From Xylographa opegraphella (taxonomy: Eukaryota): DNA of 64,000 bases. The stretch lies in the NCBI GenBank assembly GCA_022813865.1, contig JALDZX010000060.1, positions 1-64,000 of the forward strand, read 5' to 3'. Numbering within the stretch: position 1 is the first letter of the stretch; every line of letters begins with the position of its first letter. Below, piece by piece: positions 25,106 to 40,118 of this stretch. The notes beneath the pieces are model-generated. The model saw nothing but the letters and a program-made list of their open reading frames with translations, searched no databases and was not told where the DNA came from. The position numbers and the translations under genes were made by a program.

Positions 25106-25612
25106 TTAGGAATTGCCAGGAACTTCTTTAACAATATTACCAAGCAGAGCAAGAATCTTAGAAGAGGAAACTTCCAAAGCCTCAGAAAAAAAAAAGGGAG
25201 GAGAGAGGGCCCCGTAGGAACCGCTGGTAAGGGCTTTCGCCTCTCGTCGTTTATTATCTTCCAGGGCCTCAATGTTGAACATTTCGCGTTGGAACATTTC
25301 CCGTTTCTCGTCCTTAATATTCAAAAGCCGACGTTCCTCTCGACCTAAAGCCTTTCTTAACTTAACCACGCAACGTTTTATTTTACTCTTCCATTTCTTT
25401 AAATCTCGACGGTCGGCATCAATAATAATTAGAAAATATTAAGCTTTAACTGCTACGCAGTTCGCGCAGAATTCTGACTTTAAAGAAATCGTATAGAGAA
25501 AACATTCTTTAATACAACGATCATAAGGGTGCATTGTGAATTTTCCTTTATTATAAATACTATGCGACTGAACCTTTCGATGATAAGCGCTGGTTAATTT
25601 GTATTTTAATAT
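25106..25612 (-). pseudogene. Antisense ORF of Gypsy element 2 (~168 codons, one RIP-type stop): Zn2Cys6-like cluster plus coiled-coil-like tail
   Basis: Single frame ...MHPYDRCIKECFLYTISLKSEFCANCVAVKA*YFL...DADRRDLKKWKSKIKRCVVKLRKALGREERRLL, continuous with ORF 25106-25369. Confidence 0.7.
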
Positions 25613-28600
25613 AATACAGAGAAGCTACTGGAATTCTTTCGAAGCAAGAATCTGGCGGGGGAAGCTAGTAATAAGGTTTTAAACAATATTGTGTGAAACA
25701 AGGGTCGAAGGAATCTTATTCCAGCTGCCTTTTCTGCCTTTATAAAAGGCATAAAAGGAGTGACCCCTAAAGCCTTGATGGCCTTCTCGGGAGGCATAGA
25801 AAGTATTTTAAAATAGGATTTCTATATAAAGTAAAGGATTTCCTTACTATAAAAGGCGTATTCAACTTATATTATAATCTTAGAATAGTAAGCTTTAATA
25901 TAAACCTTTTGTACGAAAACTATTACTTTTAAAGAATTATTAAACTGTTACTGTGCCTTCCTATTCATTCATTAACGAATTCAACCCAGATCCTTAATCG
26001 AACTATATTAATGAGAAGCAGAATCGTAACAGTATTATAGTAATAATCTTTATTTATAAAAGAATAAAATATAAATTCGAAACTAAATTTTTACTTAAAA
26101 ATTGTATATTAGCTACGACACGATTTTTTAATTTTTTTTTAACTTTTTTCTGAATTACGAAATATAAATAATTAAATAGTATAGTATTTAAAAATTAATT
26201 CATTTTATTTTAAACATAAAATTTATTAAATTATTTATTAACAATTTCGCGGTTTTTAGGGGCGAATAAATATATTTTAAAAATTGATTTATAAATTAAT
26301 AATCAATTGTTGATTAATAACATCTTTTTTTATTTTGCTTTTAAAATATTTATTACATTATTATTATTTATCTATAACCGGGGGAAATTATTTATTATTT
26401 CGACAATTTTTACTATAGTGATTAATTTTTATTATATATAATAACTTTATGTAAAAGTATTCGTTTTATCTCTTCGACGATATATTATATCAAAAAATAT
26501 TTAAAATTATAATTAAAATTAAAATATATATATTTTTTATTATTTTTAAAATATACCGCCATATTTGCTTCGTTTAAAAATATTAAAAAATATTTATTAA
26601 TATTATATTTTACAAGATTGCTACGGTTAATTTTCTATAATATTATTATAAATTAAAACATATTATTTATTATATAAATATAAAAAAATTACGTTTACTA
26701 CGTATATATAAAAGTTTTTATATGTTAATTCGAAAAGAAAATTACGATCGAGGGGAAATTGTTTAATATATTAAACTACGATAGGTGTTTTAATATAAAA
26801 TAAAAATATAACGTTTTTTAAAATAAAAATACTTTTTTGAATTTTTTGTTAATACGTAGCGTAATAACTATATTAATAATTATATTTTTATAATTATTAA
26901 TAATTACTCTGTTTTAGCGAGGATAAAAATTAAGATTTTTAGGCAAAAAATTTACTTCGATAAAAATTTTTACTTTAAAATTCTCTATAAATCACGTTTT
27001 TTAAACGATATAAAGTATCGCCAGCGTATCGTTTGCGAAAATACTAAAAAAATAAATATTTAAATTAATATATTTACTAATTCGATATTGATCAACATTA
27101 ATTCTTTAAACGATAAATAACGAAATAATTTTTTAACATATTCGCCTTTTAATTTTATTCGAGTAAAAAATCTTAATTAACTAAAATTATCGTATAGTTT
27201 ACATCGAAACATATTTAAACAAAAAATATATTTAATGAAAGGTTTATTTAAATTATAATATAATATAATTTTCGAAAGCTTAAATCACCCGTTTGTAATT
27301 AAACGACGTTTAATTTTAACATATAGAAATAATTACGATAAATTGTCGATTGCTATAAACTCTGATCTGGCTATTTTTAAAAAAAAAATAATATATATTT
27401 AATTTTTTTTTGAAATGAACGAAAAGGTTATACTAAAATTTGAAGATTGTATGATACGTATTGTGTTAATATTCAAATATTACGAAGTATACTATAAGTT
27501 TACTATTTTTAAGAGGGGTTTAAGATTATTTAAATAAATATCGTAACTTTAATTTTATATATTATACATTTATTCGTTTTGCGCGTTATAATAACTTTAA
27601 TTATAATAAATTTTATAGTAACTTTAATCATAATAAACTTGAACTTATTTATTGTTAAATTTCTTTTTAATATTAATAGCAGTAAATTTTATATTTTTAA
27701 TATTTTTAATATTTTTAACGTTTTTAACGTTTTTATTATAATAAATTATTAATCATCACTTCGAGTGCTAATAGTTATTTTAATAGTCGTTTTAATTTCT
27801 TAAAAATCCTTTCAAATATTTCGGCGCTTTTTCGACCGCGTTGTTCGTATTTTAAATTTTAAATTAATTATTTCACGTATTTTTTTTAAATAAATAACAA
27901 CAATTGCCTTGATTGTTGAACTACCTTGAAAAAGCGTTAAAATAAAAAACGGCTAAAATAATCTTGAAAGAAAATTTAAATTTTTTATAAAGAGATAAGT
28001 TTACAAAAATTGTAAATTTTTTTTAGATTTTTTGAAATATTCTAAAAACCATCTCTCAAAAAATTCAAAAAGCCTTGATTTTAATTATTTTTAAAGCTAA
28101 ATTTAAATTAAATTTAATTATTTAATTACGAATAATTAAACGATTTATCTTTATTAAATTAATTTTTTTATTTCGATTTTAGAGTTTTAAGAGATATTTA
28201 TATAAAAATAATAATATTTAGCTTATTTAATAACTTTTTTAAAAAATACATTAATATATATTCGGGTTTAAATTACGAATTTAAATTTATTTTCGCTTTA
28301 ATTATATTCTTTTATAACAATAATAAATATATCAATATATTTTACGCGGTTACGGCTATTTCGTAAATTTTTCATAATATAACGCGTATTAACATATTTA
28401 TTAAAAAGTTTCGCTCGAAATCGTTCGAAAACGTCGTTTAAATATTTTACAAAATTCTTTAATGCTATTTAAATAAGCTATTAAATTAAGTTTTATAATT
28501 TTATTATTTTGAATGTTTTATTATAATTCGGCCTCCCCACGGAAATACGTATTTAAATTTTATCGTATTTTTATTATATTTTTAGTATTTACTGCGATAC

Positions 28601-31600
28601 GTAATTGTTTTGTAAAATTATAAATATTTTTTATAATAATTCTTTAAATTTTTATTAATAATATTTTTTGCTTTAGTTTATTAATATATTTAGGTAAGAT
28701 AAATTAATTTTAATTAATTTTTAATTATTATTGTTTTTGTTTTTATCGTTTTAATCGTTTTAATTGGCTAGGCCAAACGAATCAAAATATTCAGGAAATT
28801 TTAATTAAGCAGAGGTTTATATATATTAAATTATTAATTTTGAAAAACTTTTCTATTAAATTTTATTAAATTCAATGTTTTAATAATGATAATTATTATT
28901 ATCTATAATTTTTATCTTTTAATCTTCTAAAATATTAAAGAGATCGAGTACGTTCCATTTCTCGAATCGGTTTTCGTTACGAATATTTGATCGATTATTA
29001 ATTAAAATAGTAAAATTCGTAAAAAAAAAATTTATAATAAAGGCTCTCTCGATATTTATTTTCTATAAAAATACTAATAAAAAATGTCATACGATTTTAA
29101 TCAATCTTTTTACGTTAAATTTAAAATTTATTTTATTAATTATTTAATTAAAATTCTAATTTAAAATTTTTGAAAATTCTGCCCGTATTGCCTGAGGTAG
29201 GCCAATAAAATCATTTAAGTAAAACCGATTAAACTAAAAATCAATAAAATAAATGTTATTAATCGTAATTTATTTGGTGAAATTTCCAAAAAACGAAAAA
29301 ACGTGTTGAATAAATTAATAATCGATTTTATAAAGGCTTCGAAACGAAAGTAAACTTGATTTATTATAACGTTCTCAATCGAAAGAACCAGGGTAAATAT
29401 AAAATAATTTATTGATTTTTTTAATAATGCAAATTAAAGGTTTTTTCGAAAAAAATAAAAAGGCCACGTTACCTATGAAAAACACGCTTCAGGAAATAAT
29501 AAATATATTAGCTTAAAAAGGCATTTTTATATTTATAAAATAAAATAAATTAAAAAAATTAAAGATTTTTGCGGAAATGGTATTAAATTTCATTTAGAAA
29601 AATAATAATTCGCGAAAGAGTTAATTTCTTGACTGTTAAAATAAACGAGCTATTTTTAATATTTTGAGTCATTGAATAATATCGTTAATATTACTATTTA
29701 GAAAATAAACGCTTGACTATAAAATCTTTAATCGTATAATGGTATAAAAAAGTTGAATTGTAATTATAAAAGAAATTCAGCTATATAATGGCTCGCTAAA
29801 ATGTGTAAACAGAGCAAAAAGAGGAAAGCATAAATCAAGTTAAAGTTCAGAATCCAAAACCCGTGACAAATATTTTAACTATTTTAAAAATCAATGTAAA
29901 TAATTAAATTAATTAACGTTGAACATTTTGGCGTTATTCCCTTTTTGCCGAAATTATTCTTCGTCTTTTTTAATTAATAGTATTAATATTAAATTACTTT
30001 AACGATTTTGATTTTTAATGTTAACACGAAATTTTTTTAAATTTTTTTTTGTATTTTTTTTGTATTTAATAACAAATTTAATTTCAAGTCGTTAAAAAAC
30101 AACACAATTGAAAACTTAAATACAATACGTTTTAAAATAGGCAGCAAATACAATAATTGTTATTTATACGAAAAGAATATATAAGTTTTAAAAAATAATA
30201 GCGACGTATATTATAATATTATTTAAATAATCAAAATTTAAATTAACTTAATATATTATATTCTAAAAGTTTATTAAACTATTAAAGGCGTAGAATTTTT
30301 AAGAAAAAAAGTAATAATTATAATATATTATCAATATATTCTTTTGTACAAATTGAAATTAAATACATAATTTAATACGTAGAATTTGATAGCTATTACA
30401 ACATTTTAAAAATTAAGGGATTAATATAGTTGATTTTAAATCAAAGTTAAAAGTAAAATATAAATATACGTTTAAATTATTCTTTTTTAAATTATTATTA
30501 AAATTGCTGTACGTATATTCTATTATAAAAAACCAACTATTTTAAAACATAAATTTACGTAAATAAAGTTTTTTTAAAAAATTAAAAACATCGCCAGAAA
30601 ACTTCAATAAATTACTATTTTAAATAATTATAACTTTAAGGCTTTTTATACGAACTATAAAACTTTTTGAATTATAACGATTATTTTATTATTTTAATTG
30701 CAAAATGATTATTTTTTTACTACAATTATTAAGCGATATATTACTCAACAAGTTAAAGTTATATAAAATTAAATTAAAAATAACTTTTCTAATAATAATA
30801 TTCGGATATTACTGGCGTTTAACACTTAAACTCTTTTTAATTAATAAAACTATATAATCGTACTGGCTTATTATATTTATAACGATTAAAATTATAATAA
30901 AATATTTTTAATATCTTAATTTATCTTCAAAATCTACGTCAACTTTAACATATCTGCTTTTTTATAATAAATTTTATAATAATGTGATTTTTATCAAAGA
31001 CTTTTCGTATTAACAACTAATAATATTAATATAATAAAATAATAATAATAATAATAATAATTATAAAATAATATTAATAATAATAAAATAGTATTAATAA
31101 TAATAAAATATTTGGGAAATCACTAAAGATTTTATAAACATAAAATATGAAAATTTTAAATACGAAAAAACGTAATATTAATTATACATTAATTATATAT
31201 TATTTTACTGGCGTTTTAAATTATGTTAAATATAGTTTATATTAATTTCATTAAATAAAAACTATAAAAAACTATAAAAACAATATAAATAAAGTTAAAA
31301 TAATTGATTAAACTTTTAGAATTTTAATAACGCTGGCAAAAATAATTATAATAATTTTTATAATAATTATAATATTAAATTATTGTTTATACGCGTATTA
31401 TTAAATTTGTTCAACCTTTAAATATATTAACGTAAATAGTAAATGCAAAATAAAGTTTTAGATTTAAATAACAGTTATTACAAATAAAATAGTAAAGAAA
31501 ATAAATAAATAATTTAATCGTAACGCAAATAGTCGCCGTAAGCGCGATATATTATTAAAATTACTGCAAAGTACGCTGGGATTTTGTATATTTATCATTA

Positions 31601-31937
31601 ATTTAAAGTCGAAAATTCAAAAATATTATTAAATAAATTCTAAAATTTAAGAATAAAGTATAATGACGTTTAAAAATATTAGATAAAAATAAATTAAATA
31701 TTTAATAAATTAACCTAAGCTATTCTGTATACATATATATATAATAAATCGGCGAAACTCGATTTTTAACTATTTATTAAACTTGTATAATTGATAATTA
31801 TTTTTTATATTTATAAAAACCGCCGAAAAAACTAACTTTAAAAATATAATTATGAAAAAATATGCGAAAATTAATAAATCTGATTTTTAATAAGTTAAAA
31901 AAATATTATAATAAGTTAATTTTTTTAATTTTTTTTA

Positions 31938-32137
31938 TGTTGGATATAGCGTTACCTGGCAGAATGCCCTCTATGTTGCCTGCAGGCAACATAGACGCTA
32001 ACCTGCTTCTAGACTAGCGTGGCCGTATATAAGGGAGCTTTCTTCCTTAAGAAGAAAGCAACCTTCTTACGCATCTTGACAGGTAGTTCAATGAAGCACT
32101 GGTTCCACCATACTGATTCCACCCATTCATTTCAACT
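31938..32137 (+). mobile_element. Nearly un-RIPped Copia 5' LTR with PBS stub
   Basis: TGTTGG...TTCAACT followed by GGTTAT. Homologous to the LTRs at 32799 and 37938. Confidence 0.85.
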
Positions 32138-32798
32138 GGTTATATAATTGAATTATTTTATTTATTTTAAACTTTAAAAATTTTCAGCGTGGCAGTATAC
32201 CTTTACGTAATATCAAAAATTATTATTTATTTTAATAAAAAAGCTGAATACTGGCCGAAAGGTACACGAAGCGTAAATAAAAAATATAATCACAATAATT
32301 AAATAATAATAACGAAACGAAATAAAATATAAACTTTTTATTTTTTCTATACAAATATAATAATAATCGTAGTATATATAAAATACGCGTTAAACGCTGT
32401 TTTTATATAGAAATGTATAATTTATTGATATTTTTAAGCTTTAAAACGGCTTTTTTAATAAACAAGTCAAATAAAAATAAAATTTTACTATATATAAATT
32501 TCTTTAAATTATAGTGATTTTATAGTAGTTCAATTTAATATTAATATTTATTTCAACATTAATGAAAGGCTTTGTCAATAAAAGTCTTTTGAATATATAA
32601 AACATTAAAAGAAATATACGCTACGTTTTATAAAAATAACGCGTAATATTCTCGTAGTATCTGCCGCTAGGGTAAAATATAAATATTTATTCATCAATAT
32701 TAAATATATATATAATTGTTAACAAGGAGAGTATCGCTCTAAAAAATTGATCATATATATAATAATTAAATATTATAAATAACAGTAAAACTAAATAC

Positions 32799-35700
32799 TG
32801 TTAAAAATAACGTTGCCTGGCAAAATATTTTTTATATTGCCTGAAAATAATATAAACGCTGACCTGCTTGTAAATTAACGTATTTGTATATAAAAGAGCT
32901 GTTCTCCTTGAAAATAACCTTTTTACGTATTTTAATACATCAGTTAATAAAGTATTGATTTTACTATTTTAATTTTATTTATTTATTTTAATTGATTATA
33001 AATTCGAATTCCCGTAACGATTGAAATAATTAATCGTACGAAATAGTTTAATATTCGATAATTTACTATAAAATATAACATAAATAAATATTACGGCTAT
33101 TTATTACGCGTTTTTTACGGTAAAAATAAATAAATGTATATTAAACGATTTTTACTACGCGTTTTCAAGAAGTAAATAAACTCTGCGATTATTTATTATG
33201 CGATTATCTCGATAAAGATAAATAAACATATATTCGCGGTTATTGTTACGCGTTTTTAAAAATTAAATAAATATTTTATAATTTAAAAGTTTACGATACT
33301 CGCGGCAGCTGATTACGCAAAATTAATATATATCTATTTCTGTTAACAATTTAATAGAATAATAAATACTTTATTTTAATAATATTTTTTCTATCGTCGT
33401 GAGTCGAATTTTATATTATTGAAAAAAAAATTTAATTTGTTTATAAATAAATTAAAATACGATAAACGATATCGTATATTATAATTTTATATATATATTC
33501 TTTATAAAAGGTTTATCGCTATAAACTCTATAAATATTATGATTTTAAACGCTCTTTTATTACGAAGAAAACCGAATTATTTTTAATAGTTTATTTTCGC
33601 CAAAGTTATTTTATATTTAAATAAATATTTTATATAATCGAGTAAATAATTAACGTTTACGCCGCAGTTGCTTTTATAGATTCGAATGTTATTTTAATCA
33701 ATAGTTTAACTGCTTTATTATTTAGTTTTCTACTAAATAATTTAGGTTTTATCGTTATATTTTAATAATAATAAACGGGTTAAATAAATCAAGAATAACG
33801 TAAAAATGTACTATTAAATAATTATTTATATTAATAATATTAATTAAAAACGCGTATAAAAACTTTTAATGATTAAAAATCAATGAAACTTGTTAAAACG
33901 TAAATATATGTATTTTTTTACTAATCGATCGACAAGCAATAAATGAATTTATTAATTATAAAAATTCAATTCGATTACGATTAAAAAAGTTTAAATATAT
34001 TTAAATTTTTTTTTAGAAAAATTGTAATAATAAATATTATACTAGCAATTATTTTCGATATTATAAAAAAAATTTAGCTACTTTCATTCATTTTTTAAGG
34101 AATATAAAATAATTAAGAATAATTTTAACGTACAAAAAGTTTACGACGTTAAAGATTCTTTATTAAATCATTAAAAAAAAGATTTATTTTAGAACTTTAA
34201 ATAATGTCGCTTTTTAAAGTAACTAAAACACCGGCGAAAAAAATTAAAGTAATTTTTTTCGTAATTGAAAAAATCATTTAATTTCGAACAATCGAAATTT
34301 TGTTATAATAAATTTAATAAATATTTTTTATTAAGAAAAATATCGTTTAATAAATTATCATTAAATTCTTTTCGTTAAAAAATAAATTAATACGAAATAG
34401 TTAAATAACTTTTTTAAATATAAATTATTTAATAACAAAAGTGTAAATAAAAATAAAGAAAGTTTACGAAATAATTAAAGCAAAAATTATTGTAAATATA
34501 TCGATAAAAGTTAATTAAACGATAACGAATCAACGAACTTCGAATTTGAGTTTAAAAATAAAATAATCGAAATTATCTTTTTTTTTAAAAGATTTTATTA
34601 ATAAAGATTTTAAATTCGACTAAGCAATTGATTTCAAAGTTTTTTTCTATATAATTAATCAATTTAGATTCTTTAGTAAGTTTTTAATTAATACAAAAAA
34701 ACGCCGAATAAATTTTTTTTATATATCAACTACGCTGGCACGATTACTATATAAAATTTGAAAAAAAAATTTACTTTTAGTTTTTTTTTTTTTTTATTTT
34801 AATTTTAATATTAGTCTTTGTTGATAAACAAATATGCGAGAAAAACTTGCGTAGTAGTTTTCATAATAAATAAATAGTTATTATTTATAAAATAGATAGC
34901 GTTTATATTATTAAAAAAATAATAAAAAATTTAATATTTTCGTTTTCGTTATTTTCACTCGCAGCAAAGCCGAGTATATATTATTTATTTAAAATATAAA
35001 AATAGTTTAACCTCCCGAAACAGTTAATATTTCTATATTTAATTAAAAGTAACTTAAATCATTAATTAATAATAAAAATTTTACATTTAAGTAAAAAGGA
35101 TTTACGTTATTTAAAAATAATATAGCTTGAGAAATAAAATATACTTTTCAATATTATTGTTTCGCGTGTTTTAAATACGCCAAAATAAGAAAATTATATA
35201 AAATCAATAAAATATAAAAATTAATCGTTATTTTTTACAACATCGACGATATTTGCGAAACTTACGTTTTTTTAAAATTTTAAAATGAAAAAAATTACGT
35301 TATAAATAAACGTAAACTTAAAATCTTTATTTTAATCTCGATTAATATATATAAAACTTTATTAATATTTTGCGAAAGCTATTTTCACCTTTCTTTTTAT
35401 CGTAAATTATTACTTTAAAAAATTGAAAATTTTTATTAAAATATAAATTAAACGCGATCGCCGAGTAAAATAAATGAAAATAAGTTACAAAATATTAATT
35501 TTAAATAAAATTTATAGCAATTTATAGTAGTAACGCTTTTAAGTTTAAATTTATTTTGAATTATTAAAAAGTAAACATTAAAATCGTTTCGTAACATATA
35601 ATATTTTGTAAATCAATATAAATTAGCGTCATTAAACGATTAATATTAATCTCGAAAAATTTAATACGGGTTATATTAAAAAATGCAAATTTTTTTTATT

Positions 35701-38137
35701 AAATTTTAAATAAAAATTGATTTCATTAATATTTATTAAAAAAATCGAATGAATATTGAATTTATAGTTAACGACAAATTAATATCGCTTTAAAAAATGA
35801 AATAAATATTATTTTTAATATCGAGTATATGAAAGTTTAAAAATATAAATATTATTTTTACGTCAATTCGATATTACTATTTTAAGGAAAAAATAAGTTT
35901 ATACCGCGCGGTCGTATAGAAGTATTTATAAAATATATTAATAAAATTAATAAATAATAACGTTTATAAATATTGAATTTATAACGCGTTACTAAAAATA
36001 ACACGATAAGATTCGAGAAAAATATATTCAAAAAGTTAATTGATTTTAAGTTTTTAAAATAAACTGTAAATATTTTATTTATTTAAATTTTTATAAAAAA
36101 ACTTCGTATATTGTCTGCAAAATATATGAATATTATATCAATTAAAAAATATCGTTAAAAAATCTCGAAAAAATCCTTAAAAATCGTAAGAAATTTAAAC
36201 AGTTGATTACGTTTCAAAGTTTATTAAATAAGTTTTTTTTATTTATTTAAAAAGATTTTTTATTAGCAATTAAATATTTTTTATACATAACGATTTTTAA
36301 GCGAAACAACTTGATCAATTAAAGTATTTAAAACGCGTTAATAATCGTCAAATTTTCCTTTGCTTAATTATTTAAAGAATATTTGATAAAGTTAATTTCG
36401 ATAAGAATTAAATTATTATAAATTTCTTTCGCTTTGATTTTAATAAAATTTACTATCAAAAAGTTATTTTTTATTTTTAAAAGGAGATTCGACGAAATAG
36501 ATTTTATTAATTAAAATTAAAATCGTTATAAATAAATAAATATTTAAATCGAAATTTTACGTCAATAATTTGCTAAATAAGTTTAAGGCTTCTATCGTAA
36601 TAAGAAATTCTTTTAAAATACGATATATTTCGCCTTTTTAACGTCAATTATTATAAAGAATTTAAAATACGATTGAATAAATATTAATAACGTTTTTTTC
36701 GAACTTTAAAAAAATTTATATATCGCCCCTATCGAGAATTAAAGTTAAATCAAAATACTATTAAAAAATATTACGAAAGTTTTACCATTTTAAGCAAATA
36801 ATTTATAATTAATATAAACGCTATATTCAAAATTTTAAAGGAATCGATTTTAAATAATATAATATTAATCTTTATTTATTAATTTATTTTAATAAGGAAT
36901 TTTAGCTATTTTTATACGTAAATAATATCGAAATCGCAGTATTTTATTCAGTTAAAATTAATTATTTTAAGATTGAATTCGCGAAACTTTTTAAAGTTTA
37001 AGTTTTAAAAAGAAATTAAAATTTTAAACATTCAAATTACGCGCGATAAAAAAATCGTTTAATTCGTTTAAATTAAATTTATTGCTTAGAAAGTTTTTCG
37101 CAAAATTATGTATAAAAATCGATAAATATAAAATAGTAAAATTTTTAATAAACGAGTATAATTTGCTTCGATTAACCGACCTGGGGAATAAAAAAATCGA
37201 TTAACGCGAATATTAATACGTAATTAAAAATAGAATATACGTGATTATATATACGCGTTTTAATATCGGCTTTATTTCAAAAAAAAATTAAATTGATATT
37301 TTAATAATTTTATAAAATATTACGACTACGTATTAAAGACTTTATTTCGTTATATTTAGTTAATAATTAATTTTAAAGTAATTTCAAAATTAATAAAAAC
37401 TTTAGTTTTATTAATTATTTTGATTTCAATTACGCGATAAATAAACAGAATCGAATATATATTTTTAAATATATATATATATTTAGCGAAAGGTTAATCG
37501 TTTAAATAAGTCAAAAATAAGAGTCAGTATTTATTTTAATTATTAAAATCGAGTATATAGCCTTATTAAGCTGCGCGAAAAAAAACTTTAAATTATATAA
37601 TCATTTAAAATTTTTCACTGCAGTAAATATTTTAATATCGATTTAAACAGTATTAATATTATAAAAACTCGCCGATGTAGTTTAAAAAATTTAACGTTAT
37701 TAACGCTAATGAAAAACGTTTATATTTACAAAAAATTGAAATATATTGATGTTGCTTATTATTTTATTAAAAGTCTTTATTAAAAAAAATAATTCCAGGT
37801 TAATTTTATACCTACATAAAATATAATCGTAAACGAATTGATTAAATCGCTGCCTAAATTTAACTTTAAAAAATTTATTACTTGATCAAATTTTAAAAGT
37901 AATAAGAGTTAGCGATTTAATAAATATTAAACAAAAATATTAAAAATAACATTATTTAACAGAATACTTTTTATATTGGTTAAAAATAATAATATAAACG
38001 TTAATTTATTTTTAAACTAGGGTTATCGTATATAAAGGAGTTTTTTCCCTTAAAAAAATAATATTTTTACGTATTTTGATAAATAATTCAATAAAACATT
38101 GATTTCATTATTCTGATTCCATTTATTCATTTCAATT
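32799..38137 (+). mobile_element. RIP-inactivated Ty1/Copia retrotransposon
   Basis: LTRs ~32799-32993 and ~37938-38137, TSD AATAC. RT LYVNNI (RIPped YVDD) at ~36915. RNase H KYIDVAYYF (KHID motif) at ~37740. Confidence 0.88.
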
Positions 38138-40118
38138 AATACTTTTATTTATAATTAACGAATTTAATATAGTTAATAATACGTTTATTTATAATATCGT
38201 TCTGGAACTTGTAATTCGAGAGCAAGAATTAATTATTATATAAATTACGCAGTATATAAATAATTATATAGAAATAATAAAATTATCGTAGTCGTTATTA
38301 TTAAAAATATTTACGAATAATGATATTAAGCGTTTATATTTTTAGCGACCCTCGACTCTTATATTTATAAGCGAAAAAGTATTTAAACTGAAAAATAAAC
38401 ACGATATCGTACGCTCAAAGTTTTTAAATATGATATTTAATTTAAATAAAATTATGATTTTTTAATATTTATAATAATTAAATATATTAATAATATTTAT
38501 TTAAGTCAAGTTATTACGTTACTTGCAGAAAACAATAATATAAAAAATTTCTTTTAATCATTTAGAAAAATAGCCAAATAGTAAGTATAGTAATTAAGGC
38601 ATTAATAATATTAATAATATTTATTAATTCTTTAGTCGTTCTTTAACTAATTTAAATAATTTAAAGATTAATAAAAAAATTAACAATATTTAAATATTTC
38701 GCAAATACTAATATAATTATTAAATAATATAAAATATATAGTGATTAAAAGCAAATTAATAATATTATTTAATAAAACCAAACTCCGTAAAAGTAAAAAA
38801 TAAGCGACGATTATTACAAATAATTATATAAATAAAAATTATTGAACTGAATAATTCGAATGCAAAAAATTATGAGATAATAATGTATTTTCGAGCTCGT
38901 AAAAAATAATCGAAAATAATTATTAAAAGTAAAATTTATAATTTATAGCGAATTTTATAGTGATTTTCGATAAAGCTTAGTTATTCGAATTTGGAAATAA
39001 AATATTTTACAATTATATATAAAATTGATGTTGAATTTACGCTTATATAATTTTAAAATTATTTTATTTTATTTTATTTTAAAATTTAATTTAAAATTCT
39101 GAGTGAAATTACGACCTATTTTAATCCAATTTAAAATTTAATTCAGATTTAATTTCATTTTTAATTCATTGAATCAATTTAATTTTTATCGCAGTATAAC
39201 GACGGTTTATTATTTTTTGAAAGTAATAAAATTTAAATTCTATTTACGTTACGAAATCACGTTTTTAAAGAAAAACTACGATATGTTAATAGCGATATAT
39301 TGTAAATTAATTAAAATATTTTATTTTATTTATAAATATCATTATTAATTCGAGTTTCAAGGTTTTGTTCGGGATTGTATAAAAATATGCGAAATAGTCT
39401 AAAGAATAAAGGTATTTCGTATAACATCGAAGTAAAAACTGCAATTATTGTTTATTTTTAGCTTTTTTAAAAAGAATATGTTTATTAATATAATTATAAA
39501 AGTTTTACTTTTATATTTTTAGTCGATAAAGATTATCATTTAAGATATAACTCGATTAGAACTGTAATTAATAAATTCATTTAAATTATTTATTTTATTT
39601 TATATTATACAAAAATAAACGCGGCTTAATTCGAGTATTCAATTATTCAAAAAATCTTTAAATATTATATAACATAAAAATTAATGGTAAATAATAAAGA
39701 TATTTTATTTATATTATAATTCTGGAAAATACTATTTAAAATATTGAAGATTGAATTTAAATTATCGACGATGTATTAAATTTGATTTAATAAATAAATT
39801 TTAAATATAATTAAATAGTAAAATCATATTTATAAACTTTTATTAATTACAACTAGATCGATTAAATAAATTATTTATCGCTGGATAAACATATATATAA
39901 TAATAATATTAATAATATATTCATAACAATATTGGTTTTTTTTTCGAAGGAAAAAGAAAATATCAACGATTATAAATAATAATAATAAACGATAAATTTA
40001 ATAAAATATTAATTTGCGCTATAATTTACGCGGAAAATATTTAATAAAAATATATAAAATTAAAATATATAATAAAAATCGCATAGAAAATATAAGCGAA
40101 ATATAATATTAAGTATTA

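Larger units (their letters stand above)
19604..26031 (+). mobile_element. RIP-inactivated Ty3/Gypsy chromovirus (element 2), inserted in the RT of element D
   Basis: 363-bp LTRs 19604-19966 and 25669-26031, TSD GTATT. Gag knuckle CYVCKKIGYIAKNC at ~20782. RT YLDDILIYS at ~22720. Integrase present. Chromodomain ...NNTWEP at ~25080. PPT at ~25654. Confidence 0.93.
15790..29868 (-). mobile_element. RIP-inactivated Gypsy chromovirus family D (host of nested inserts)
   Basis: LTR-like ends ~15790-16356 and 29634-29868 (TGTCACGGG on minus). Minus-strand chromodomain LLNKREKV..ENLIK*KKYG at ~16600-16680. RT relic near 19390. Colinear with 53210-58720. Left end approximate. Confidence 0.75.

Noticed and set aside
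15790..29868. Starship or Helitron as the identity of the large duplicated segment
   Set aside because: RT, integrase-end and chromodomain motifs plus LTR/PPT identify it as Gypsy. No tyrosine-recombinase captain or Rep/helicase motif was seen.
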